From the NCBI GenBank assembly GCA_964544585.1, contig CAZJBV010000007.1:1-59215 (forward strand): a stretch of 59,215 bases of DNA, in the 5' to 3' direction. A program made the translations under genes and the position numbers. Position 1 is the stretch's first letter. Every line of letters starts with the position of its first letter. Of this stretch, positions 44,602 through 53,473 are shown in pieces. The notes beneath the pieces were generated by a model. It was not told the DNA's origin, made no database searches, and saw nothing but the letters and a program-made list of their open reading frames with translations. The stretch is from an uncultured Gammaproteobacteria bacterium. Its GTDB lineage: Bacteria; Patescibacteriota; Microgenomatia; 2-02-FULL-39-11.

Positions 44602-44874
44602 ATGGAAGAGGAACCAAAAGACAGCACAGAGATTATTGTTAACCAGCCACCTGAAAAACCTGCAGACCTTGCTCGAATTATTGCTCCAGATAGCTCCAGT
44701 GGTGATTTGACTGCTGAATCGTTGACAGGAGAAATGAAATCATTTTGGGAAAGCCATTCTGATGTTGCACAGGGAAGAGCTCAAAAACCTCAAACTGTTG
44801 CTGGAAGACCAGTCAATGCTTCTCTAGCTACAACAATGCAAGTAACAGAAACAAACAAGGCACTTAAGAAATGA
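44602..44874 (+). CDS. Small hypothetical protein
   Basis: 90-aa ORF after a shared TTGACA...GA-rich leader, converging on sodA. Confidence 0.45.
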   Translation: MEEEPKDSTEIIVNQPPEKPADLARIIAPDSSSGDLTAESLTGEMKSFWESHSDVAQGRAQKPQTVAGRPVNASLATTMQVTETNKALKK

Positions 44875-44940
44875 AAACACTAAGCACACCTTTAAACACA
44901 CCTTAGAGGTGTCTCAGATAAGACACCTTTGGTATATCGT

Positions 44941-45567
44941 TTATTTTAACTGAGTAAACCTCCTCTCCACCTCTCTCCAATTCACTACATTCCACCAAGC
45001 CTTAATATAATCAGCCCTCCTGTTTTGATATTTAAGATAATACGCATGTTCCCAAACATCTACACCTAAAATCGGAGATTTACCCTGCCTGCCGGCAGGC
45101 ACGGCTTCCATCCAAGGATTATCCTGATTAGGTGTGTCAGTAATCGACAGTTTCCCAACATCTGAAATAAGCCACGCCCATCCGCTTCCAAATCGTCCAA
45201 TACCAGCTTTAGAAAAAGCCTCTTGAAACTTGGCAAAATCTCCAAACGTACTTTTTATCGCCTCTGCAACCCTTCCGCTAGGTTCTCCCCCTTTTTTCGG
45301 CCCCATTATCTGCCAAAAAAAGCTATGGTTTATATGCCCTCCCCCATTATTTCTGACTTTCGTTCTCACCTCGGCAGACACCTGATCCAAATTCTTCATC
45401 AATTCCTCCGGTGACATATTCAGAAATTTGTCTTGCCCCTTCAAAAACTCATTTAAGTTTGTCACATAGGCCCCGTGATGCTTGTCATGATGAATTTTCA
45501 TCGTCTGCTCATCAATATAAGGCTCCAAAGCGTTATACGCATAAGGCAATTCAGGTAATGTAAACAT
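44941..45567 (-). CDS. sodA: Fe/Mn superoxide dismutase
   Basis: [47 protein letters not shown]. Confidence 0.96.
   Translation of the reverse strand: MFTLPELPYAYNALEPYIDEQTMKIHHDKHHGAYVTNLNEFLKGQDKFLNMSPEELMKNLDQVSAEVRTKVRNNGGGHINHSFFWQIMGPKKGGEPSGRVAEAIKSTFGDFAKFQEAFSKAGIGRFGSGWAWLISDVGKLSITDTPNQDNPWMEAVPAGRQGKSPILGVDVWEHAYYLKYQNRRADYIKAWWNVVNWREVERRFTQLK
45084..45104. repeat. 21-bp 'PAGRQ' element, in frame in sodA
   Basis: cctgcctgccggcaggcacgg; removing it restores MEGK. Confidence 0.9.
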
Positions 45568-45608
45568 AACTATCCTCCTTCGCTCTTATTATAATACTAT
45601 TCTCCAAA

Positions 45609-46523
45609 TTAAAAATACCTTATCTCCTCTTCCAGCATTATCCCAAACCTGTCATCTACTTTCTTTTTCAAAATGGCAGCCAGCTCTTTTACATCTTTTG
45701 CCGTCCCCTTACCTTTATTAATAAATAGATTGCCGTGATAGGCAGCAATTTCAATCCCACCCACTCTCATCCCCTTCGCCCCTACTTCAGCCAAAAGGTA
45801 TCCCGCCGGAATTTTTCCTTCAATCACCACATCCTGATCAATCAATTCCAATGATTTTTTTGAAATATCGGCAACTAGTACATTTTTAAAAAAACTCCCC
45901 GGACATTTTATCCCCGGATGATATTTTGCTTCTCTTTTAATAATAATCTCTTTGGAAGTTTTTTGTAATTCTCCTTTATTCCCACTCTCAAACTTCAAAA
46001 ATACTCTCAGCACAATAAAAGGTTTTTTTTTAAATATACTTTCGCGATACTCAAACTGACATTCATTGCGATTTAACCACCTTTTTATTTTCCCATCCCA
46101 AATCTCTATTCCCTCCACCACTTCTGAAATCGAATGTCCATAAGCTCCTGCATTCCCAACCACCGCTCCTCCTATAGTCCCAGGAATTCCCGAAAGAGCT
46201 TCTAATCCTTCTAATCCCCTTACTATACTAAGGTTTATCACATCAGAAAGACCCATTCCTGCTTCCACTATCAATTCCCGCACTTTCCCCGCATAATTCC
46301 CGCCCTTTATCTGAATGACGACTCCCGATAGTCCCTCATCCGGAAAAACCACATTACTCCCTCCGGCAAAAAGATGATACTTCCTTCCTGTTTCTTTTAC
46401 CCATTTCAAAACCTCTATAATTTCCGCTGGTGTTGAAACCTGCACAAATTCCTCCGCCTTCCCCCCTATCCCAAATGTACTAAGTGAAGAAAGATCGACA
46501 TTTTTTTTAATAGAAAAATTCAT
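45609..46523 (-). CDS. murB: UDP-N-acetylmuramate dehydrogenase
   Basis: STFGIGG.A, GGSNV, LSGIPGTIGGAV.GNAGAYG, F.YRESIF, GSFFKN, LEEEI. Confidence 0.94.
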   Translation of the reverse strand: MNFSIKKNVDLSSLSTFGIGGKAEEFVQVSTPAEIIEVLKWVKETGRKYHLFAGGSNVVFPDEGLSGVVIQIKGGNYAGKVRELIVEAGMGLSDVINLSIVRGLEGLEALSGIPGTIGGAVVGNAGAYGHSISEVVEGIEIWDGKIKRWLNRNECQFEYRESIFKKKPFIVLRVFLKFESGNKGELQKTSKEIIIKREAKYHPGIKCPGSFFKNVLVADISKKSLELIDQDVVIEGKIPAGYLLAEVGAKGMRVGGIEIAAYHGNLFINKGKGTAKDVKELAAILKKKVDDRFGIMLEEEIRYF

Positions 46524-46540
46524 AAATATCTTCTAAAAGA

Positions 46541-46595
46541 TTTTAGCTTTAAGATGTGAATTTGAGCTTTGACATTTGAGTTTTGAGTTTTAATT
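46541..46595. repeat. Degenerate TTTGAGN heptamer array
   Basis: tttgagc tttgaca tttgagt tttgagt tttaatt. Confidence 0.65.
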
Positions 46596-47606
46596 CGTGA
46601 ACTCCTGCACAAACATCTCACCATATATTCCCCCATCAATTACCCCTATCCCTACCTTCCCAAATTCTGGCGACAAAATATTTGCCCTGTGTCCTGGGGA
46701 ATTCATTAGACCTTGATGTGATAGTTGAACGTTTGGAGCAAGTGCCAGATTCTCCCCTGCTGCAATAAAAGAAATATTATATCTCTTCATCCTGTCAAAA
46801 GGTGACTCTCCCTCTGGGTTATAATGCGAAAAATATCCTCTGGCAAACATATCGCGAGCATAATCACGAGCCAAAGTCCGCAATGCCGCATCCAGTAAAA
46901 GCCGTGACAGTCCTTGCTTTATCCTTTCCTCATTCACCAAATTTAACATCGTTTCTTCCGCATTCTCATCAATCTTTACTTCTTTCTGTGTAAATCTTAA
47001 ATCAACCTTTTCCTGTACCGCCGGATTAGGATTGACAGTAATAAAAGTTAAGGATTCATTGACGGCCTGTCCAAAAATATTATTTAATTCCCTCTCAATC
47101 CCCTGCGTCTTGGCTACCAACGGTCCACCCAGTTTGGATGAAACAATATCTTTTTTTATCCCTCCTTGTATGGGAAGAGCTACCAATAGAGTCAGAATAA
47201 AAGCCGTAAATACCACAGCCTCTCCCATCGCCGGAATAATGCTCAAAATTTTATTGGCAACAGATACCGTCCTTCCCAACTTTCTTTTTTCTATATTTTC
47301 CGCTATTTTTGGATACCAACGCTCATAAGAAAAAGAAATTAGCTTGGAAAACAAAACTTCCGCCACAAATCCCACCAGTAAAAATCCGGAAGCATTGGCA
47401 ATACCCGGTGGTAAAGAAAAATTATCAACCAAAAGTGTTCCCACCCATTTATAAAGTTTCAAGGCCGAAAGAAATGATAAAAGAAATCCTCCCACATCCA
47501 AAAGCCCCAACAAAAATCCCCGGGAAAGTCCCTGATAAAAGTAATACCCGAATACTAAAAGAATCAAAAGGTCAATCCAATTACCTTTAAGTGATGGAAA
47601 TATCAT
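46590..47606 (-). CDS. CvpA-family membrane domain + CAP/SCP domain protein
   Basis: N-terminal WIDLLIL...G..RGF TMs; C-terminal LVN.ER...GL, YFSH, GENLA, MNSPGHRANIL, GIG. Confidence 0.88.
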   Translation of the reverse strand: MIFPSLKGNWIDLLILLVFGYYFYQGLSRGFLLGLLDVGGFLLSFLSALKLYKWVGTLLVDNFSLPPGIANASGFLLVGFVAEVLFSKLISFSYERWYPKIAENIEKRKLGRTVSVANKILSIIPAMGEAVVFTAFILTLLVALPIQGGIKKDIVSSKLGGPLVAKTQGIERELNNIFGQAVNESLTFITVNPNPAVQEKVDLRFTQKEVKIDENAEETMLNLVNEERIKQGLSRLLLDAALRTLARDYARDMFARGYFSHYNPEGESPFDRMKRYNISFIAAGENLALAPNVQLSHQGLMNSPGHRANILSPEFGKVGIGVIDGGIYGEMFVQEFTN

Positions 47607-47679
47607 AAGCCGAATCTATATATTTTAGCATAGGATAGGTCTTTCTATCATATTGCTCAAATCTGCTACAATTACGTCT

Positions 47680-49902
47680 ATGCAATTTCGCTTTACTAGG
47701 TTCAAAAAAAAATACTTAATTATATTTACCTTCTTTTTATTGCTGGTGGTACTCTACTATATTTTTATCCTCAAAGACCTACCCTCCCCCGAAAAACTTG
47801 GCCGCTACGAAGTGCCCCAAACCACCCTCATTCTCGATCGAAATGGAAAACTTCTCTATGAACTTTTTACCGGTGAAAATAGAAAGCTCGTCAAACTCAA
47901 AAATATTCCAAAATCAGTTCAAGAGACTACTATCGCCATAGAAGACAAAGATTTCTATCGTCATCAAGGCATAAACCCAGTCGGCGGAATTTTAAGGGCC
48001 ACCTCCCAAATCGTCCTCAAGCGTCAACTCCAAGGCGGTTCAACTATAACCCAGCAGTTAATTAAAAGTGCCCTTTTAACACCAGAAAGGACAGTGGTTA
48101 GAAAAATAAAAGAGATAATCTTAGCTTTCTGGGCAGAAAGGTTATATACCAAAGATGAAATTTTGGAAATGTATCTAAATCAAGTTCCCTATGGCGGTAC
48201 AGCCTGGGGAATAGAAGCTGCCTCAGAAACCTACTTTGCTAAAAACGTCAAAGATTTAAGTTTGGCTGAAGCAAGTTTATTAGCCGGTCTTCCCGCAGCC
48301 CCCACTCTATACTCACCTTTTGGTGCTCATCCAGAGTTGGCTAAACAAAGACAAAAAGAAGTCTTAACTAGAATGGTCGAAGATGGCTATATCTCAAAAA
48401 AGGAAGCAGATCAAGCTTTCAAACAAGAACTACAATACGCTCCTCAAACCACCAATATCAAAGCTCCTCATTTTGTCATGTATGTAAAGCAAGCTTTAGT
48501 CGACAAATACGGCGATAAACTTGTGGAGCAAGGAGGCCTAAAAGTCACCACTACTCTCGATCTATCCTTTCAGGAAGAAGCTCAAAAAATCGTCCGCGAC
48601 GAAATAGAAGACCTCGCCCGCTACGACGTGGGTAACGGCGCAGCTCTAGTCACCAGACCCCCAACCGGTGAAATCCTTGTTATGGTTGGCTCCAAAGACT
48701 ACTTTGCCTCCGATTCTGGCAATTTCAATGTCACTACTTCCCTTCGCCAACCTGGGAGCGCTTTCAAACCGATAAATTATGCCATAGCATTAGAAAATAA
48801 AAAAATTACCCCCGCCACCCTTTTTCTTGATACACCTACATGCTTTCTCGTCGCCGGCCAAAAACCCTATTGTCCTGTCAATTATGATGGCAATTTCCAC
48901 GGTCCAGTCCAGACCCGCTTTGCCCTCGGCAACTCATACAATATCCCCGCCGTCAAAACCATGGCCATAAATGGCGTCAAAGACGTCATTGCTTCATCCT
49001 CAGCCATGGGAATAACCTCATTCAAAGATCCATCTCGTTATGGCCTCTCTCTCACTCTCGGTGGCGGCGAAGTTTCCATGCTCGACATGGCCACGGCCTT
49101 CGGCGTCTTTGCCAATACCGGTATTAGAAAAGATCTAGTTGCCATCCTCAAAGTAGAAGACAGAAATGAAAAAGTCCTTGACCAGTTCCAGGATCCCAAT
49201 TTTATCAAAGATATCACTACCCTTCTTTCCGCTCCTTCCTCTATCCTTATCAATGGTCCCAGAGTCCTCTCTCCCGAAACCTCATTTCTCATTTCCCATA
49301 TTCTTCTGGATAATAATGCCAGGTCTTCTGCCTTTGGTACATCCAATCAACTCGTTATCCCAAATAAAGCCGTCTCTGTCAAAACAGGCACTACAGACGA
49401 TAAAAGGGATAATTGGACTATTGGTTTTACGCCTAATTTCTTAACAGTTGTTTGGGTGGGAAATAATGACAATTCACCCATGAATCCCTATCTTGCCTCC
49501 GGTATAACTGGTGCTGCCCCCATCTGGAATGGAATCATGCGTCAAACCGTTAAAAACCAACCCGACCTCTGGCCTAAACAACCGTCAGGCATCGTCGGCG
49601 CCCAAGTCTGTTCACTCACAGGCCAATCTACCCCCAATCCGCCCATTTCCGGCGGAGATCCCAACGCTCCCGATCAAGGCTGTCAAACCCGTTTTGAATA
49701 CTTCATCAAAGGCACAGTTCCCCAAAACCCCGAAGTACTTCGCCAACACATACTCATAGACAAAGCAACAGGTCAACCAGCCTCCCCTAGTCAAACCGAA
49801 AATACCGAAATGCAAGAACACCAAGTCATAAAAGACATGTTTGGCATCCTTTGCCTCGACTGTCCCGGAGGCAATCCTCCTCCTACCAATGTCCGCCTCT
49901 AA
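47680..49902 (+). CDS. Class A penicillin-binding protein (PBP1A family), copy 1
   Basis: EDKDFYRH, QGGSTITQQL, RKIKE, MYLNQ; RQPGSAFKP (SxxK), SYN, KTGT. Confidence 0.94.
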   Translation: MQFRFTRFKKKYLIIFTFFLLLVVLYYIFILKDLPSPEKLGRYEVPQTTLILDRNGKLLYELFTGENRKLVKLKNIPKSVQETTIAIEDKDFYRHQGINPVGGILRATSQIVLKRQLQGGSTITQQLIKSALLTPERTVVRKIKEIILAFWAERLYTKDEILEMYLNQVPYGGTAWGIEAASETYFAKNVKDLSLAEASLLAGLPAAPTLYSPFGAHPELAKQRQKEVLTRMVEDGYISKKEADQAFKQELQYAPQTTNIKAPHFVMYVKQALVDKYGDKLVEQGGLKVTTTLDLSFQEEAQKIVRDEIEDLARYDVGNGAALVTRPPTGEILVMVGSKDYFASDSGNFNVTTSLRQPGSAFKPINYAIALENKKITPATLFLDTPTCFLVAGQKPYCPVNYDGNFHGPVQTRFALGNSYNIPAVKTMAINGVKDVIASSSAMGITSFKDPSRYGLSLTLGGGEVSMLDMATAFGVFANTGIRKDLVAILKVEDRNEKVLDQFQDPNFIKDITTLLSAPSSILINGPRVLSPETSFLISHILLDNNARSSAFGTSNQLVIPNKAVSVKTGTTDDKRDNWTIGFTPNFLTVVWVGNNDNSPMNPYLASGITGAAPIWNGIMRQTVKNQPDLWPKQPSGIVGAQVCSLTGQSTPNPPISGGDPNAPDQGCQTRFEYFIKGTVPQNPEVLRQHILIDKATGQPASPSQTENTEMQEHQVIKDMFGILCLDCPGGNPPPTNVRL
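48026..48485 (+). repeat. 460-bp segment identical to 50511-50970 (the two PBP1A paralogues)
   Basis: Compared by eye; no mismatch found at offset 2485. Confidence 0.9.
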
Positions 49903-49948
49903 ATTTCTGCTTGAAAGAGCCTATAACATATGATATAGTTCGACCTCA

Positions 49949-52126
49949 ATGGTCGATCTCATCCTCACTATCCTTATCCTTCCGCCGTATTTATTAAAAA
50001 AAATCGGCGACGGCGTAATTCTCATCTTTCAAAATATCATCAAAAAAGCCAAAATTCCCCCCACTAAGGTTGTCTTTGCCCCCAAAAAACCTCTAACTCT
50101 GCCCAAAATTTCTCTACCATCAATTAGCCTCCCTCACATTCGTATCACACTCCCCGAGATAAAAACTCCCCCCATCTCTCTTAAAATTAAATACTTCGCC
50201 ATCGGAGCTCTTTTTACTATAATTTTTGTATTCATTCCTTACAATTTTTATATCCTCATTTCATCCCTTCCCAATCCGCAAACATTGACCATAAGAAATA
50301 TTCCCGTCACCACCAAAATCTTTGATCGCCACGGTAGCCTCCTTTATGAAATCTACGCCGACCAAAATAGGACTCCCATCGCCCTTAGCCAAATTCCTGA
50401 TACCATCAAAAAGGCTACTATTTCGATAGAAGACCAAGATTTTTATCGCCATTATGGGTTTTCCGCCAGAGCCATAACCAGGGCCCTGCTTGTCGATCTT
50501 CAAGGCGATAAACTCCAAGGCGGTTCAACTATAACCCAGCAGTTAATTAAAAGTGCCCTTTTAACACCAGAAAGGACAGTGGTTAGAAAAATAAAAGAGA
50601 TAATCTTAGCTTTCTGGGCAGAAAGGTTATATACCAAAGATGAAATTTTGGAAATGTATCTAAATCAAGTTCCCTATGGCGGTACAGCCTGGGGAATAGA
50701 AGCTGCCTCAGAAACCTACTTTGCTAAAAACGTCAAAGATTTAAGTTTGGCTGAAGCAAGTTTATTAGCCGGTCTTCCCGCAGCCCCCACTCTATACTCA
50801 CCTTTTGGTGCTCATCCAGAGTTGGCTAAACAAAGACAAAAAGAAGTCTTAACTAGAATGGTCGAAGATGGCTATATCTCAAAAAAGGAAGCAGATCAAG
50901 CTTTCAAACAAGAACTACAATACGCTCCTCAAACCACCAATATCAAAGCTCCTCATTTTGTCATGTATGTCAAGGAGCTACTTGAGAAAAAATATGGCAC
51001 CCGGTTAGTAGAACAAGGTGGACTACGTGTCACCTCTAGCCTAGATCTTCCCCTGCAAACAAAGGCAGAAGAAATAGTTAACAAGCAAATAGTACAACTA
51101 CAAGGATTAAGAGTCGGAAACGGCGCCATCCTGGGCACCAATCCCAAAACGGGTGAAATTCTCGCCATGGTTGGCAGCAAAGACTATTTTGACCTTGAAC
51201 ATGATGGCAACGTCAACGTCACTACCTCTCTTCGTCAACCAGGATCCGCCATTAAAGTCGTAAATTATGCCGCCGCCCTAGAACGAGGCTATACTGCCGC
51301 CTCCATCCTCGATGATTCTCCAGTCTCCTACGCCTTACCCGGACAACCTCCCTATTCTCCCGTCAATTATGACGGCAGATTCCATGGCAGAATTCCCCTG
51401 CGTCTTGCACTAGCCAATTCTTACAATGTCCCCGCCGTTAAAGTTTTAGCCTCTCTTGGCGTTACCACTATGATTGATAAAGGTAAATCAATGGGTATCA
51501 CATCTTGGGAAGGACAAGAAAATCGCTTTGGCCTCTCCCTTACATTAGGCGGCGGAGAGGTCACCATGCTCGAAATGGCCAAAGTCTACGGAACACTTGC
51601 CAATAAAGGTCTCACCACAGAACTCCATCCCATACTCGAAGTCACAGACTATCGAGGATCCGTCCTCGAAAATAATGCCAGTGGACAATCTTCTCAAATT
51701 ATCTCTCCAGAAGTTGCCTTTATTCTTTCCGATATTCTCTCTGACAATCATGCACGCTCACAAGCATTCGGCACCAACTCCGCCCTCAATATATCTGACA
51801 AAGCAGTCGCCGTCAAAACGGGCACCACCAATGACAAAAAAGATAATTGGACCATCGGTTTTACTCCCTCCTATGTCGTCGTAACTTGGGTAGGCAACAA
51901 CGACGGCACCCCCATGCATCCACAACTCACTTCAGGCATAACCGGCGCCGCCCCTATCTGGAGAGAAATGATGCTCACTATTTTAAAAAACCGTCCCAAT
52001 GAGTCATTTCTCAAACCAAACAATATTGTCTCAATCCCTTGTTATGGAAAAATTGAACATTTTGTAAAAGGTACCGAACCAAAAAGAGGCTGCGCCCCAC
52101 TCCCAACACTCTCCCCCACTCCATAA
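49949..52126 (+). CDS. Class A penicillin-binding protein (PBP1A family), copy 2
   Basis: EDQDFYRH, QGGSTITQQL; RQPGSAIKV (SxxK), SYN, KTGT. Confidence 0.94.
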   Translation: MVDLILTILILPPYLLKKIGDGVILIFQNIIKKAKIPPTKVVFAPKKPLTLPKISLPSISLPHIRITLPEIKTPPISLKIKYFAIGALFTIIFVFIPYNFYILISSLPNPQTLTIRNIPVTTKIFDRHGSLLYEIYADQNRTPIALSQIPDTIKKATISIEDQDFYRHYGFSARAITRALLVDLQGDKLQGGSTITQQLIKSALLTPERTVVRKIKEIILAFWAERLYTKDEILEMYLNQVPYGGTAWGIEAASETYFAKNVKDLSLAEASLLAGLPAAPTLYSPFGAHPELAKQRQKEVLTRMVEDGYISKKEADQAFKQELQYAPQTTNIKAPHFVMYVKELLEKKYGTRLVEQGGLRVTSSLDLPLQTKAEEIVNKQIVQLQGLRVGNGAILGTNPKTGEILAMVGSKDYFDLEHDGNVNVTTSLRQPGSAIKVVNYAAALERGYTAASILDDSPVSYALPGQPPYSPVNYDGRFHGRIPLRLALANSYNVPAVKVLASLGVTTMIDKGKSMGITSWEGQENRFGLSLTLGGGEVTMLEMAKVYGTLANKGLTTELHPILEVTDYRGSVLENNASGQSSQIISPEVAFILSDILSDNHARSQAFGTNSALNISDKAVAVKTGTTNDKKDNWTIGFTPSYVVVTWVGNNDGTPMHPQLTSGITGAAPIWREMMLTILKNRPNESFLKPNNIVSIPCYGKIEHFVKGTEPKRGCAPLPTLSPTP

Positions 52127-52151
52127 AATTTTCAACAATTTTGCATTTTGC

Positions 52152-52172
52152 CTGCCCTGCCGGCAGGCGGGC
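52152..52172. repeat. 21-bp 'PAGRQ' element inside an ATTTTGC heptamer array (52138-52193)
   Basis: attttgc attttgc [ctgccctgccggcaggcgggc] attttaa attttgc attttcc. Confidence 0.85.
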
Positions 52173-52193
52173 ATTTTAAATTTTGCATTTTCC

Positions 52194-52679
52194 TCACGTG
52201 TGCCTATCCGCCACTTTCGACGCCGCATAAGAATCAGGCTTAGTCTTAACCGGAAATCCAGAACCCCTTATCATTCCTACAATCTCTGTAATCAAAGTCC
52301 GCGTCTCTCCGGTGTGGCCAATATCAACGTGGATCTCCACATCAAACCTCCCAATTCCATCATTTTTAAATAGATGCAATAGCTCATCAGCCAAAGTCAA
52401 AGATAACGTTGCCTCCTGATACATCCTGGTCCTTAAAACATACTTTTTTTTATCATGATTTCTCCTCCAGAAATAAATACCCCCACTCCCCACTCTATGT
52501 ACAACTATGGCGCTTATAAACTCAGTTCCCTGACCATTTTTTGGCTCCGAATCAGTTCCCACAATTAAGCGGTACTGCCTATTTGGCTCTTTTTTCAAAA
52601 ACAATAAAACTTTTGCTCTTACCCCATCCAAATCCAAAACCCCATATGTAGCACTATTAAAATGTCCATTTCCTTTCAT
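52194..52679 (-). CDS. RNase H-like YkuK family protein
   Basis: LIVGTDS, SAIVVHRVG.GGIYF, EIHVDIG..G.T, KP.SYAAS..ADRHT. Confidence 0.88.
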   Translation of the reverse strand: MKGNGHFNSATYGVLDLDGVRAKVLLFLKKEPNRQYRLIVGTDSEPKNGQGTEFISAIVVHRVGSGGIYFWRRNHDKKKYVLRTRMYQEATLSLTLADELLHLFKNDGIGRFDVEIHVDIGHTGETRTLITEIVGMIRGSGFPVKTKPDSYAASKVADRHT

Positions 52680-52741
52680 AGTTTCGCAGACATGAATTTT
52701 ACCATACAATAGAACTTGTTTCATAATCTGCTTTCGTAACG

Positions 52742-52887
52742 AAAGTCCAGAGATTCGGCAAACTGGTAAGAAGCGAGCTAAGGGGAGTATATGGTAAATA
52801 TACTTCTAGGAGATTCGAACCCTGCCTGCCTTGCCTGCCGGCAGGCTGGCCGGCAGGCAGGCAGTTGCAGCAGAATATATGGACTTG
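52742..52887 (+). ncRNA. Probable 6S RNA carrying a 42-nt palindromic insertion
   Basis: Closing stem AAGUCC/GGACUU; inner GCAA/UUGC pairing; terminal hairpin GGAGUAUA/UAUACUUC; 3' 'uucgaacc...uugcagcag...gga' resembles 6S 3' conserved blocks; -10 CATAAT at 52722. Confidence 0.55.
52821..52862. repeat. 42-bp nested 'PAGRQ' element in the putative 6S RNA
   Basis: cctgcctgccttgcctgccggcaggctggccggcaggcaggc. Confidence 0.85.
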
Positions 52888-52926
52888 CAGTAGAAAGAAA
52901 GGTTTTGAAATAAGTTCTAAAACTAA

Positions 52927-53457
52927 ATGGTAAAAATTATCTTTCTTTTTTTATTTTTATTGATCTTTCCTATCTCCATTAAGGCTCAAGCGCCTCAAAA
53001 CCTTCCCATTCTCTCTATTGCCTCTCCCAAACAAGACTCCATCATCTTCGGTACTTCGGCTACCCTCTCCTTTGTCGTCGGAAATTTCAAATTTGATGCT
53101 GGCAGAGTTCTCCTTTGGTTAGATGAGTCAAATCCAGAAAACGCCAACGGGGAAATACTCACCTCTCAATCTAATATTGCTCTCACCTCTCTCCCAGAGG
53201 GAAAACATACCATCCTTCTTGAAGTGGTCAAAAAAGATAACACTTCTTATAAGCCCAAAATCACCAAAAAAGTAGACTTTTTTGTTAAACACCCTCCACC
53301 AACCCAATTTCCCTCACCAACCCCCAGTTCCCTACTTGAAAATTTAAAACAAAACATCCGTCTGGAGGCAGTATTATTTATAATTGGGGGAATCCTTGTA
53401 ATTCTAGGTTTTGTTGTCTTTATGCTCTCCCAGCTTGACAAAAATCCCAGAGTTTGA
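52927..53457 (+). CDS. Exported/membrane hypothetical protein
   Basis: Signal peptide, Ig-like 'L.EGKHTI.LEVV' segment, C-terminal TM. Confidence 0.7.
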   Translation: MVKIIFLFLFLLIFPISIKAQAPQNLPILSIASPKQDSIIFGTSATLSFVVGNFKFDAGRVLLWLDESNPENANGEILTSQSNIALTSLPEGKHTILLEVVKKDNTSYKPKITKKVDFFVKHPPPTQFPSPTPSSLLENLKQNIRLEAVLFIIGGILVILGFVVFMLSQLDKNPRV

Positions 53458-53473
53458 TATTATAGGATCTTCT

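Noticed and set aside
41203-45003. CRISPR array or integron attC array
   Set aside because: Repeats are 1.0-1.5 kb apart, non-palindromic and translate as SOD C-termini; there are no cas genes, no intI and no RYYYAAC/GTTRRRY-bounded hairpins
52805-52830. tRNA on the minus strand (GGTTCGAATC T-loop-like)
   Set aside because: No pairing T-stem, acceptor stem or anticodon arm; better explained as part of a plus-strand 6S-like RNA
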